A DNA stretch of 64,000 nt from Paraclostridium sp. (GCF_051656405.1 NZ_JBOGBV010000053.1:13479-77478), one strand, 5' to 3'; shown: positions 52,059 to 62,323, numbered from the stretch's first letter. Numbers and translations: made by a program. The notes: generated from the letters alone by a model not told the origin.

Positions 52059-52732
52059 TGTATATAATACCCCTGACCTTTTTTAGTAACTATAAAATCA
52101 CTCAAACCTATATTCTCTAAAGTTTTTCTAAGCCTATTTATATTTACAGTTAAAGTATTTTCACTTATAAACTCTTCGCTATCCCATAATTCTTCTATTA
52201 TTGTATCTCTACTAACTATACTTCCTTGATTGTTCATTAATATATTAATTATTTTAAACTCATTTTTACTAAGTTCAACAAACTGATCATTAAAATAAAT
52301 CTTACTTTCTAAAATATTTAAAATTACATCTTTATATTTTACAATATCAGATTTTAAGGAATTGTTGTATGAGTATGTTCTTCTTAATATAGCTTGTACT
52401 TTTGCAACTAATACCTGAGTTGAGAAAGGTTTTATTATATAGTCATCGGCTCCCATATTTATAGACATAACAATATCCATATCGTTATCCCTAGATGAAA
52501 TAAATATTATCGGTACTTTTAATATATTTCTTATTTTATTGCACCAGTAAAATCCATCATAAAATGGTAAATTTATATCCATCAATACCAACTTAGGATT
52601 TATTGCTATAACTTCTTCTGCTATATTATCCAAATTTTTTGCTTCATGTGTCCTATATCCCCATTTACTTAAACACATATGAATTTCTCTACTTAATGCT
52701 TTGTCATCTTCTACTAAAAAAATGTCAATCAT
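52055..52732 (-). CDS. BceR-type response regulator
   Basis: MDINLPFYDGFYWC, FISSR, NTLTVNINRLR. Confidence 0.92.
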   Translation of the reverse strand: MIDIFLVEDDKALSREIHMCLSKWGYRTHEAKNLDNIAEEVIAINPKLVLMDINLPFYDGFYWCNKIRNILKVPIIFISSRDNDMDIVMSINMGADDYIIKPFSTQVLVAKVQAILRRTYSYNNSLKSDIVKYKDVILNILESKIYFNDQFVELSKNEFKIINILMNNQGSIVSRDTIIEELWDSEEFISENTLTVNINRLRKTLENIGLSDFIVTKKGQGYYIQ

Positions 52733-52874
52733 AATACCCTCCTTTTAAAACATAATATATATTTTGCCAATTATATATTATAGCACACTTTAAAATTTCA
52801 TAATTTGATATAATATTCATAGTTATGATAATATATTGTAATAAAATTTACTTAAAATAAAATGAGGTAATAAT

Positions 52875-53714
52875 ATGATTATTTTTAATACGTTTATAGA
52901 AAGCTTTTTAAATTTAGCTAGTATTTTAGGAGTTTTTATAGTGTTTGGTATTTTATTAAACTTAATTGAATCTAAAAATAATGAACTCATACAAAACTCA
53001 CTTGGAATAAACTTTATAGTATTTACTGGTTTTATAGGAACTGTAGTTCATGAGTTAAGCCATATGCTAATGGCGTTTATATTTAACCATAAAATAGTTA
53101 AAGTTGAATTGTTTAGACCACTTAAATATAAGGAAGATGGAGTCTTAGGATATGTAAAACATACTTATAATTCTAGTAACCTATATCAACAAATTGGGAA
53201 TTTCTTTATAGGCATTGCTCCCATGCTTTTCGGTACTTTGTCTATATGGATACTTTTAATTTTATTTTCTAATGATACATACCAAATCCTTACAAATAAT
53301 ATACACATTGATTTATATATTAAATACCTTGAGTCAACTGACTATTTAAAAGTTTTTAATCTTTTAATTAATGATACTTTATTAATATTAAAGAGTATGT
53401 TATCACTAAAATATTTAGCTGATTTTAAACACTTAATTATGCTATTTTTCATATATTCCATAGCTACACATATGAGTTTAAGTTTAGCTGATTTAAAAGG
53501 AAGCTTTAAAGGTTTTGTAGTGTGTTTTATTACTGTTTTTATATTTACTCTTTTTATCAATGTATTTAATCAAGCTAACTTTTTTAAAAACATTTTGATA
53601 TTTAAGTTTAATGTTTATGTTTTTTTATTTTTAACTGTAGGTTTAATTTTTTCATTATTAACACTTTTTGTATCATTTTTGATAAATATTATAAAAAATT
53701 CACTTTGTTCATGA
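52875..53714 (+). CDS. Membrane zinc metalloprotease, M50-like
   Basis: GTVVHELSH (HExxH) within a TM segment, GYVKH, IGIAP, SLADL. Confidence 0.65.
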   Translation: MIIFNTFIESFLNLASILGVFIVFGILLNLIESKNNELIQNSLGINFIVFTGFIGTVVHELSHMLMAFIFNHKIVKVELFRPLKYKEDGVLGYVKHTYNSSNLYQQIGNFFIGIAPMLFGTLSIWILLILFSNDTYQILTNNIHIDLYIKYLESTDYLKVFNLLINDTLLILKSMLSLKYLADFKHLIMLFFIYSIATHMSLSLADLKGSFKGFVVCFITVFIFTLFINVFNQANFFKNILIFKFNVYVFLFLTVGLIFSLLTLFVSFLINIIKNSLCS

Positions 53715-53892
53715 CGCCAACGATCTTAAAAAGCAGATCCGTTGCTCAAGTTTATCAGTTATAAATTATATTTATCCATAATTCAGGATAAAGTATAATT
53801 TCCATAAGAATAAAAAGGTGAGTAATTGTTATAATATAGAAAATAATATATAATGATATTTCGTATTTTAAAGTTTAGAAAGGGTTGATATT

Positions 53893-54354
53893 TTGGAATT
53901 AATATTGATTTTAATAGCATGTATATTAGGATTTATGTTTATTAAATATTTATTTAAAAAGGTTATGCTATGTTTGTTCATTTTAGCTTGTTCAGGGGGA
54001 GTAAGCTTTATATACAAAATTCCATATAGTATAAGTGTTTTTTTAGTTTCAGTAATAATTTATTCATTTTATTCTATTTTCTCAGAAATGAAAAATATGG
54101 GCTGTAAGCTTTTTAAATCGCGAAAATTATATTTAGATGGTTGGTCTGAAAAATTAGTAGATTTACTATTTAGTATAAATTACATAGTTTTTATGATTAC
54201 TTCTTATATGATATTTATGAGAATGAGTTTTTCTATGATAGATATATTTGAGTTAGGTATAGCCTTTTTTATAACATTGTTATGTATATGGATAGTTGGT
54301 CATAGTAAAAATTTTGTTTTAAAATTTATAAGGCCTAAAGAGTTTGAAATATAG
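53893..54354 (+). CDS. Hypothetical membrane protein
   Basis: TTG start with AGGGTTG RBS; 4-5 hydrophobic segments; followed by a terminator. Confidence 0.65.
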   Translation: MELILILIACILGFMFIKYLFKKVMLCLFILACSGGVSFIYKIPYSISVFLVSVIIYSFYSIFSEMKNMGCKLFKSRKLYLDGWSEKLVDLLFSINYIVFMITSYMIFMRMSFSMIDIFELGIAFFITLLCIWIVGHSKNFVLKFIRPKEFEI

Positions 54355-54363
54355 ATTAAATAT

Positions 54364-54398
54364 AAAAAAGCAGGTAAATACTATTTACCTGCTTTTTT
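54364..54398. terminator. Bidirectional terminator
   Basis: AAAAAAGCAGGTAAATA-C-TATTTACCTGCTTTTTT. Confidence 0.85.
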
Positions 54399-54402
54399 AT
54401 AT

Positions 54403-55359
54403 TTAATCTATATTATGACACGCAACAAAATGCTCACCATCTGTTTTAATCATAATCGGTTCCTTTTGTTCACAAATCAAAGTTTTATACTTGCACCTAG
54501 TTCTAAACCTACAGCCAGAAGGTGGATTTATAGGGCTCGGTACATCTCCATCTAAAACTTCGCTTTTTGTTTTTTCTCCAATAATTGGAATACTACTTAA
54601 TAAAGCTTTTGTGTATGGATGTCTAGGATTATTATATATATCTTCACTACTTCCGATTTCTACTATCTTACCTAGATACATAACTCCAACTCTATCAGAT
54701 ATATGTTTTACCATAGATAAATCATGTGCTATAAATAAGTAAGTTATACCTAACTCTTCTTGCAAATCTTCGAGTAAATTGATAACTTGAGCTTGTACTG
54801 AAACATCTAATGCTGATATAGGTTCATCACAAAATATAAAATCCGGCTTCACTGAAAGTGCTCTAGCAATTCCAATACGCTGTCTTTGTCCTCCACTAAA
54901 CTCATGTGGATATCTGTTTGCATGCTCTTTTTTTAGTCCAACTTTTTCAAGCAGATTATATACAATATCTTTTTTCTCACTCTTAGAATAATTCGTATGT
55001 ATATCTAATGGTTCACAAATGATTTCCATTACATTCATATTAGGATTTAAAGATGCATATGGATCCTGAAAAATTGTTTGTGTTCGTTTTCTAAATTCTT
55101 TTAAATGCTTTTCATTTTTTTTAGATATATTTTCTCCATCAAATAAAATTTCACCCTCTGTAACATCATATAATCTTATTAAAGTTCTTCCTAATGTAGA
55201 TTTCCCACAACCACTTTCTCCAACCAATCCTAACGTTTCACCTTTTTTTATATAAAAACTAACATCATCTACAGCCTTAACTTCCTTTACATCTTTTTTT
55301 ATTAAACCACTTTTTTGAATAAAATATTTTTTTAAATTTTTAACTTCTATTAAATTCAT
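54403..55359 (-). CDS. Oligopeptide/nickel ABC ATPase (OppF/AppF)
   Basis: GESGCGKST, FSGGQRQR, HPYT, GCRF..RC. Confidence 0.92.
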   Translation of the reverse strand: MNLIEVKNLKKYFIQKSGLIKKDVKEVKAVDDVSFYIKKGETLGLVGESGCGKSTLGRTLIRLYDVTEGEILFDGENISKKNEKHLKEFRKRTQTIFQDPYASLNPNMNVMEIICEPLDIHTNYSKSEKKDIVYNLLEKVGLKKEHANRYPHEFSGGQRQRIGIARALSVKPDFIFCDEPISALDVSVQAQVINLLEDLQEELGITYLFIAHDLSMVKHISDRVGVMYLGKIVEIGSSEDIYNNPRHPYTKALLSSIPIIGEKTKSEVLDGDVPSPINPPSGCRFRTRCKYKTLICEQKEPIMIKTDGEHFVACHNID

Positions 55360-56338
55360 TTTTTCCTCCTGAATATTTCCAACAGTCTACTTTATGATTT
55401 TCATTAATTAGTTTTGTTTCAGGTCTTTCAATACACATGTCCATTTTTTCATTACATCTATCATAAAATGGACATCCCTTAGGAGGTTTTAGTAAATTTG
55501 GAGGTGTACCCTCTATAGATGTTAATCTTTCTTTTTTAGTGTTCACCCCTCTTGGAATTGATTTTAACAATCCTATGGTATATGGGTGCTTTGGATTTTC
55601 AAAAATCTCATCTACCGTCCCTATCTCCATTATTCTACCGCCATACATAACAACTACTCTATCACAAGTATTGTAAACTACTCCCAAATCATGTGTTATT
55701 AGCATTATAGAGCTATCTTTATCTTTATTTAAATCTTTTAAAAGATTTAGTATTTGAGCTTGTATAGTAACATCTAATGCTGTTGTTGGCTCATCAGCTA
55801 TTAAAAGTTTGGGATTAGAACTTATAGCCATAGCTATACACACCCTTTGTCTCATTCCACCACTAAACTCATGTGGATACCTATTTACTCTATCTTCAGG
55901 TGATGGTATTCCTACTTTTCTTAAAATTTCAATAGATTTTTTTCTAGCTTCATTTTTATCTAAATGTTGATGCCTAATTATAATTTCTTGTATCTGATTT
56001 CCAACTGTTATAAGCGGATTTAGGGCAGTCATAGAATCTTGAAATATCATAGATATTTTATTGCCTCTTATTTTCCTCATATCTCTAGTACTTAATTTTA
56101 ATAAATCTATTTCTTCAAAAAGTATTTCGCCATCTTTTATTTTTCCTGGTTTCTCTATAATTCTCATTATTGATTTTGATGTTATACTTTTTCCACTTCC
56201 ACTTTCACCAACAATTCCAACAGTTTCTCCTTTAAATACATCAAAGCTAACATCCCTAACTGCTTCAACTTCTCCTTCTTGTGTAAAGAAAGAAGTTTTC
56301 AAGTTTTTGACTTCTAATATTTTTTCCACATTTCTCAC
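55340..56338 (-). CDS. Oligopeptide/nickel ABC ATPase (OppD/AppD)
   Basis: GESGSGKS, FSGGMRQR, DEPTTALD. Confidence 0.92.
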   Translation of the reverse strand: MRNVEKILEVKNLKTSFFTQEGEVEAVRDVSFDVFKGETVGIVGESGSGKSITSKSIMRIIEKPGKIKDGEILFEEIDLLKLSTRDMRKIRGNKISMIFQDSMTALNPLITVGNQIQEIIIRHQHLDKNEARKKSIEILRKVGIPSPEDRVNRYPHEFSGGMRQRVCIAMAISSNPKLLIADEPTTALDVTIQAQILNLLKDLNKDKDSSIMLITHDLGVVYNTCDRVVVMYGGRIMEIGTVDEIFENPKHPYTIGLLKSIPRGVNTKKERLTSIEGTPPNLLKPPKGCPFYDRCNEKMDMCIERPETKLINENHKVDCWKYSGGKNEFNRS

Positions 56339-57184
56339 CTACCTGTCATTTGCTTTTGGATCAAATACATTTCTTAACACATCTCCAATTAAATTAAAAC
56401 TAAGTACGGTCAATAATATAAACATACCTGGGAAAAATGCTAAGTAAGGCGCATCCATCAAATAACTTTGAGCATCTTTCAACATGCTTCCCCATGATGC
56501 ATTTGGCTGAGTTACTCCAACACCTAAGAAACTTAATGATGATTCTAATAGTATTGCAGTTGCTATATTTATAGTAGCTGAAACAATTATAGTTGGTAGT
56601 ATACTTGGAATTATATGCTTAGTTATTATTTTAAAAGAGCTTTGTCCCGACGCTTTTGCATATAATACATATTCTCTTTCTTTTACCGATAGTGTCTCTC
56701 CCCTTACAATTCTAGCAATTGACATCCATCCTAAAAATCCAATTATAAGTATTAAGTTTTTAACTGATGCCCCTAAATAAGAATTTATAACCAAAATTAA
56801 GAAAAATGTTGGAATACACATAAGAATATCTATACTTCTCATTATAAAATCATCTATTTTACCTCCAAAGTATCCACTTATAGCCCCTATAATAGTTCCT
56901 ACCAATGTAGATATTATCATTGCCATAAATCCTACCATAAGTGATATTCTTCCACCATAAAGGGATCTAGTAAAATAGTCTCTACCTACATCATCTGTTC
57001 CAAATAAATGTGTTAGGCTCGGTCTTAAAAGCCTATTAATCGGATCTATCTGGTTAGGGTCATAAGGTGATAAAAATGCAAAAACTGAAGCGATTGTAAA
57101 AATCACAATAATTGCAATGGCTAGTATTGCTAGCTTATTTTGTTTTAAATTTATCTTTAAGTTTTTAATTACTCTATCATTCAT
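56339..57184 (-). CDS. Oligopeptide/nickel ABC permease (OppC/AppC)
   Basis: HLFGTDDVGRD, ESSLSFLG, SWGSML. Confidence 0.92.
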   Translation of the reverse strand: MNDRVIKNLKINLKQNKLAILAIAIIVIFTIASVFAFLSPYDPNQIDPINRLLRPSLTHLFGTDDVGRDYFTRSLYGGRISLMVGFMAMIISTLVGTIIGAISGYFGGKIDDFIMRSIDILMCIPTFFLILVINSYLGASVKNLILIIGFLGWMSIARIVRGETLSVKEREYVLYAKASGQSSFKIITKHIIPSILPTIIVSATINIATAILLESSLSFLGVGVTQPNASWGSMLKDAQSYLMDAPYLAFFPGMFILLTVLSFNLIGDVLRNVFDPKANDR

Positions 57185-57198
57185 TTTACTACCCTCTC

Positions 57199-58143
57199 TT
57201 ATGATTTAATTCTAGGATCTACCATTGCATATAGTATGTCGGCTATCAAGTTCCCGATTATAAGCATTGCAGATGAAAATAACGTTATTCCCATAACTAC
57301 TGGGTAGTCATATCCAAAAATTGCATTTACTCCTAATTGTCCCATTCCTGGCCATCCAAAGATAGTTTCTGTTATAAAGGCCCCTGTAAAAATACTAGGA
57401 AGTGACATTCCAAATATAGTTATCACAGGCAATAAAGTATTTTTTAGTACATGTTTAAAAAGTATATCTTTCGTGCTAGCTCCATATGCATATTGAGTAG
57501 TGACATAATCTTGTTTTAATTGTTCTATAGTACTTGAACGAATGTATCTTATATACACTGATAAATTATAAAAACTTAAAACTGTAACGGGTAAAATTAA
57601 ATGATTTATTAAATCTAAAGTTGTATCTACTCCAATAGTTCTCATACCTACACTAGGAAATATATTTAATTTTATTGAAAAAACATATATTAGCATCATA
57701 GCAAACCAAAAACTAGGTATAGAAATTCCAACATATGAAACTACATTTAACACCTTATCTATTATTGAATTTTTCTTATAACCTGATATAAGTCCTACTG
57801 GTATTGATATCATAATAGATATTATTAATGCACTTCCAGAAAGTAAAATAGTTGGCCCTAATCTTTCTAATATAAGATCTAATACAGGCTTACTATTAAC
57901 CATTGAGTATCCTAAATTACCTTGTATAGTATTAAATAGCCATTTAAAATATTGAACTATTATTGGGTCATTAAGTCCTAAACTTTCTCTAATCCTTTCT
58001 ATATCTTCTACATTCATATCTGGCGATATATATGCCTGTAGTGGGTCACCTGGTGCTAAATGCATTAATATAAATGATATTATAGTTATAAAAAATAACA
58101 TCGGTATCATATTTAAAAGTCTTTTTATAATTTTTTCTTTCAT
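57199..58143 (-). CDS. Oligopeptide/nickel ABC permease (OppB/AppB)
   Basis: LAPGDP, IPSFW, ETIFGWPGMG, DPRI. Confidence 0.92.
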   Translation of the reverse strand: MKEKIIKRLLNMIPMLFFITIISFILMHLAPGDPLQAYISPDMNVEDIERIRESLGLNDPIIVQYFKWLFNTIQGNLGYSMVNSKPVLDLILERLGPTILLSGSALIISIMISIPVGLISGYKKNSIIDKVLNVVSYVGISIPSFWFAMMLIYVFSIKLNIFPSVGMRTIGVDTTLDLINHLILPVTVLSFYNLSVYIRYIRSSTIEQLKQDYVTTQYAYGASTKDILFKHVLKNTLLPVITIFGMSLPSIFTGAFITETIFGWPGMGQLGVNAIFGYDYPVVMGITLFSSAMLIIGNLIADILYAMVDPRIKS

Positions 58144-58173
58144 ACTGTCACCCCAATCTAAGCTTACTTGAAA

Positions 58174-58201
58174 AGAGCTGTTTCTATTATGAAACAGCTC
58201 T
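58174..58201 (-). terminator. Intercistronic hairpin after the substrate-binding gene
   Basis: AGAGCTGTTTC-TATTAT-GAAACAGCTCT. Confidence 0.65.
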
Positions 58202-58222
58202 AAAATTTATATATCATTTTCA

Positions 58223-59809
58223 CTACTTCTTATTTAATTTAGATAAATCTTGGAACATATATATTGGAACTAATTTAGCTTCATCTACTCCTGTGTATTG
58301 TTTATCTATAGCAACCATAGATTTAGGGTATGCTATCGGATATAATGAAACATCTTCAACTATTTTTTGTTGAATTTTTTTATATAGTTCTTCTCTTTTT
58401 GCACTATCTGTCTCTATAGATGCTTCTTTAAATAGTTTATTTACTTCTTCATTTGAATAACCTTGTACATTATTTGACTCTTCATTTGTAAATATAGATG
58501 CATATCCTGCTGGTTCATTCCCCATAACATACCCATTTATAGCCATATCAAATGTTCTAGTAGATAAATCCTCTGTAAATAATTGTCCTAAGAATGCACT
58601 TCTTTCTAAAGGAACTAAATCAACTGTTATTCCTATTTCTTTTAAGTTATTTTGTATTACTAGTGCTATTGATTCTAAAGTTTTATCCCCATTAGTATAT
58701 CCCAATCTTAATTTTAAGTTTTCAGCTCCTGCAGATTTTAATAATTCTTTAGCTTTATCTTTGTTATAATCATATTTTTCAACATCATCTGTATAATATA
58801 ATGTATTTGGTGCAAATAATGAATAAGCTTTTTTAGCGTATTTGTCTGATCCGTAAGCTGATGTCATTATTTGATCTTTATTTATTGCATAAGCTATAGC
58901 TTGTCTCACTTCTTTTTTAGCTAAATCTTTATTTTCTTCACATAAAACTAAATTGTCTACCATTCCCTCATCAAACATTTTCACATCTAAATTTTTATTT
59001 TTTGATACAGTTTCAACTTGGTCTGGTTTAACATAGTTTGCTTGAACTTCTCCATTTTGAAGCGCCATAGCAGCTGAATTTCTATCTGAAATTATTCTAT
59101 ATGCTACAGTATCTAAATTTGGATCTCCCAAGAAATAATCTTTATTCTTATCTAGTAAGATGCTTTCTCCAGATTTTACTTCTTTTATTTTATATGGTCC
59201 AGAACCTATTGGTGAATTATTTTTTTCACTCTTAGCTATATCTTTTTCTCCTTCAAATATATGCTTTGGTATAGGTCTTAAAGAACTTAATGTATCTTCA
59301 AATGACATTAAAACTGATGGTAATTTAACTTCAAAGTTTTGATCATCTATTTTTTTGAATTCAACAGGTTCTCCATTTACTAAAAAATCTGCTCTTCTTA
59401 TTGAATTTTGATTTTTATCCATAATAGCATCATATGTATATATAATATCGTCTGTAGTTATAGGCTTTCCATCATGCCACTTTAAATTATCTCTTAATTT
59501 AACCTTATAAGTTAAATAATCATCTGATACATCAACTTTTTCAGCTAAATAGAACGTTTTCTTCTCACCTTCAATAACATATAATGGTGAATAAATAGCA
59601 TTCATAAGCGTCATTGATGCTCTATCGTTAGCATACAATGGATTTGTTGTTTGTGGATTTCCTCCTGCTACTAAAGTTATAGATTTACCACTTGAAGCAC
59701 TGTTTGTTTTCCCTGAATCTTTGCTTTCAGAACCTTTAGATGAACATCCTACAGTAAACAACATCGTACTGATTAGTCCTAGCGATATTAATCGTTTTGC
59801 AATTTTCAT
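58223..59809 (-). CDS. Family-5 ABC substrate-binding lipoprotein (OppA/AppA)
   Basis: Lipobox FTVGC, KWHDGKPITTDD, PIGSGPY, VRQAIAYAIN. Confidence 0.92.
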   Translation of the reverse strand: MKIAKRLISLGLISTMLFTVGCSSKGSESKDSGKTNSASSGKSITLVAGGNPQTTNPLYANDRASMTLMNAIYSPLYVIEGEKKTFYLAEKVDVSDDYLTYKVKLRDNLKWHDGKPITTDDIIYTYDAIMDKNQNSIRRADFLVNGEPVEFKKIDDQNFEVKLPSVLMSFEDTLSSLRPIPKHIFEGEKDIAKSEKNNSPIGSGPYKIKEVKSGESILLDKNKDYFLGDPNLDTVAYRIISDRNSAAMALQNGEVQANYVKPDQVETVSKNKNLDVKMFDEGMVDNLVLCEENKDLAKKEVRQAIAYAINKDQIMTSAYGSDKYAKKAYSLFAPNTLYYTDDVEKYDYNKDKAKELLKSAGAENLKLRLGYTNGDKTLESIALVIQNNLKEIGITVDLVPLERSAFLGQLFTEDLSTRTFDMAINGYVMGNEPAGYASIFTNEESNNVQGYSNEEVNKLFKEASIETDSAKREELYKKIQQKIVEDVSLYPIAYPKSMVAIDKQYTGVDEAKLVPIYMFQDLSKLNKK

Positions 59810-59855
59810 TTTAATCCCCCTTGAAATTGTATAAATATTAGATATTAGTCCCAGG

Positions 59856-59891
59856 TCTATTGTATGAAAATTGTATAAATATGTAAAATTG
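59856..59891 (+). repeat. 36-bp exact repeat, copy 1 (upstream of the oppA-like gene)
   Basis: TCTATTGTATGAAAATTGTATAAATATGTAAAATTG. Confidence 0.9.
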
Positions 59892-60014
59892 TTATTTTCT
59901 ATTTCTTGCTATTCATATATAGATAAAAACAATTACATTAAATAAGGTATTTAAGACAATTTTTAGTAAAAAACAAAAAAGGACTTAAATAAGTCCTTTT
60001 TTATTTTTTTAATT

Positions 60015-61355
60015 TTAACTAGCTCTACTTTCTTTGTTAGCTTCTTTTTTAAAGCTTAATTTAGGAAACTCTACTACTAAAGAGATACTTGCAAATATTA
60101 ATAGAAGTATTGGATAATATAAAAATTTAATAACTCCTATAGATGAAACTCCAGCAATTCCTACAGCCGTTAATATTTGAGCTCCGTAAGGAATCATACC
60201 TTGCCAACATGATGAAAATAAATCTAATATACTTGCAAGTTTTCTTGGATCAAGACCATACTTTTTCCCAATATCCTTAGCTAATGGTCCTGCTGTTATT
60301 ATAGTTATAGTGTTGTTTGCTGTACATAAATCTATTATACTAGCAATTAAAGCTATTCCAAATTTAGCTCCAGTTGGGCTTTTTATCTTACTTGTTACAA
60401 AATTAAGTATAAAATCTATACCCCCATTGTGTTTTATTAGCCCTATTACCCCACCTACTATTACTACTAATATACATAACTCTTGCATTCCAGCCATACC
60501 TTTAGATACAGCATCTATAAATTGCCACATATCTAATGTTCCTGTAAAAATACCTATAGCTCCTGCAAATACAACTCCTCCTGCAAGAAGTACAAAAACA
60601 TTCGCTCCAGCTAGAGCTCCAACTAACACTGCAACATATGGTACAACTTTTATTACTTCATAATGTCCAGCTTCTGCTGAAGCTGCTGTCCCTGCTGTCA
60701 TTACAGCTATTATTATAAAGCTTAGTAGTGCTGCTGGAAGTATAACAAAGAAGTTCATTTTCACCTTATCTTTCATCTGACAACCTTGTGTACTTGCCGC
60801 TGCTATAGTTGTATCAGATATCATTGATAAACTATCTCCAACCATAGATCCCCCAACTATTATTGCTACTAATAACTCTAATTGTATTCCAGTTTTTTGC
60901 GATACTCCTATAGCAATAGGTGTTAGTGCCGATACAGTCCCAACAGATGTTCCCATTGATGTAGATATAAAACATACCATTAAAAATAAACCTGGCACTA
61001 ATAAACTTGGTGGTAAAATTGCTAAGCTTAGATTTACTGTAGAATCCACACCTCCCATTGCTTTAGCTACACTACCAAAAGCTCCTGCTAATAAAAATAT
61101 AACAATCATTATCAGAATATTGCTATCACCTGCATTCTTTAAAAAAACGTCCATTTTATTATCTAAAGATTCTTTAGGATTGATTATAAATGCCACTACA
61201 GCTGCAATTACAAATGCTGTTAATGCTGGCATTTTATAAAAGTCTCCAGTTAAAATCCCGCTACCTAAAAATAATATTAAAAATACACCTATAGGAAGTA
61301 ATGCTATAGCACTTCCCCTTTTTTGATTCAGACTATTATCGTCTATATTTTCCAT
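60015..61355 (-). CDS. NhaC-family transporter (MetT-like amino-acid transporter subgroup)
   Basis: TSMGTSVGT, GDSLSMISDTTI, CTANNT, IPYGAQ. Confidence 0.85.
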   Translation of the reverse strand: MENIDDNSLNQKRGSAIALLPIGVFLILFLGSGILTGDFYKMPALTAFVIAAVVAFIINPKESLDNKMDVFLKNAGDSNILIMIVIFLLAGAFGSVAKAMGGVDSTVNLSLAILPPSLLVPGLFLMVCFISTSMGTSVGTVSALTPIAIGVSQKTGIQLELLVAIIVGGSMVGDSLSMISDTTIAAASTQGCQMKDKVKMNFFVILPAALLSFIIIAVMTAGTAASAEAGHYEVIKVVPYVAVLVGALAGANVFVLLAGGVVFAGAIGIFTGTLDMWQFIDAVSKGMAGMQELCILVVIVGGVIGLIKHNGGIDFILNFVTSKIKSPTGAKFGIALIASIIDLCTANNTITIITAGPLAKDIGKKYGLDPRKLASILDLFSSCWQGMIPYGAQILTAVGIAGVSSIGVIKFLYYPILLLIFASISLVVEFPKLSFKKEANKESRAS

Positions 61356-61401
61356 AATTTTTTCCTCCCTTTATATTATGAATAAGCTTCTTAACCCAAC
61401 A

Positions 61402-61437
61402 TCTATTGTATGAAAATTGTATAAATATGTAAAATTG
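61402..61437 (+). repeat. 36-bp exact repeat, copy 2 (upstream of the NhaC gene)
   Basis: Identical to 59856-59891. Confidence 0.9.
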
Positions 61438-61596
61438 CAAATATCTATGTACTAATTTGTAAATATAGAGAAAATCAATTATGTTAAATTTTAAACACTT
61501 TTTTCAGTAATTATAATTTCATTAAGTGTAAAAAAAAGCAAGTGAATATTAACATTTATTCACTTGCTTTTTTATTTAATTTGTATATTTTTTATT

Positions 61597-62109
61597 CTAA
61601 GAATGAGCTTTAAACATTTTAACATATTTCACTTTGCTTAGAGAATATGAAAGCGGAATAGCTATTACCATACTTACTATTCCTTGTATTAAGTTAGCAG
61701 GTATAGAAGCTGCGGAAATTATAGCACTACCTTTTAATACTATTCCAGCTATAAAATATCCTATTACCATTGTTAAAGTTCCTATTCCTGTTGAAAGTAC
61801 ACTTTTTATAATTGTATTATGATTTTTCATTATAATTCCAACTAAATATCCTTCTAATCCTTTTATTATAAGAGTAAATATTGCCCAATGAGCATATCCA
61901 CTTAATATGTCCGCAAAAGCAGAACCTATTCCGCCCGCTATCATACCTGTTATAGGTCCAAACAATATTGATGAAATGAAAATCACGCTATCTCCAATAT
62001 TAATGTATCCATCAGTTCCAGGTATTGGTATTTGTATGGCCATAGTAGCAATACAAACTAAAGCTATCATAAGACCCTTAAGCACTGTTTTTCTTGTATC
62101 CTCATGCAT
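61597..62109 (-). CDS. ECF transporter S component (HmpT/PdxU-like)
   Basis: PIPGTDGYINIGD, GGIGSAFAD, FTLIIKG; start MHED at 62109 with GGAGGG RBS. Confidence 0.85.
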   Translation of the reverse strand: MHEDTRKTVLKGLMIALVCIATMAIQIPIPGTDGYINIGDSVIFISSILFGPITGMIAGGIGSAFADILSGYAHWAIFTLIIKGLEGYLVGIIMKNHNTIIKSVLSTGIGTLTMVIGYFIAGIVLKGSAIISAASIPANLIQGIVSMVIAIPLSYSLSKVKYVKMFKAHS

Positions 62110-62168
62110 ATTATATCCCTCCACAATCAATTTCTTATGCTTTTATTATAAAGAAACGTATTCAAACA

Positions 62169-62220
62169 TACAATAATTATTGTACCCATACAATTATTAT
62201 TTTGATTGTATGGGTACAAT
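62169..62220. promoter_or_regulatory. Array of five ATTGTA/TACAAT hexamers (putative PdxR/MocR-type operator)
   Basis: TACAAT 62169, ATTGTA 62179, TACAAT 62189, ATTGTA 62205, TACAAT 62215. Confidence 0.65.
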
Positions 62221-62323
62221 GATTATCATATACATATATACTTATTACCCTAAATTTTTCATAATTAAATTTTAATTTACTTAAGCATAAAAAGAATAGC
62301 CTAATTTGGCTATTCTTTTTTTA

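Noticed and set aside
54403-59809. Opp-like system as the nickel importer for LarA
   Set aside because: Family-5 binding-protein specificity cannot be read from sequence here, and there is no linkage to lar genes
61356-61596. SAM-I riboswitch or T-box upstream of the NhaC/MetT-like gene
   Set aside because: No S-box core or T-box antiterminator sequence visible
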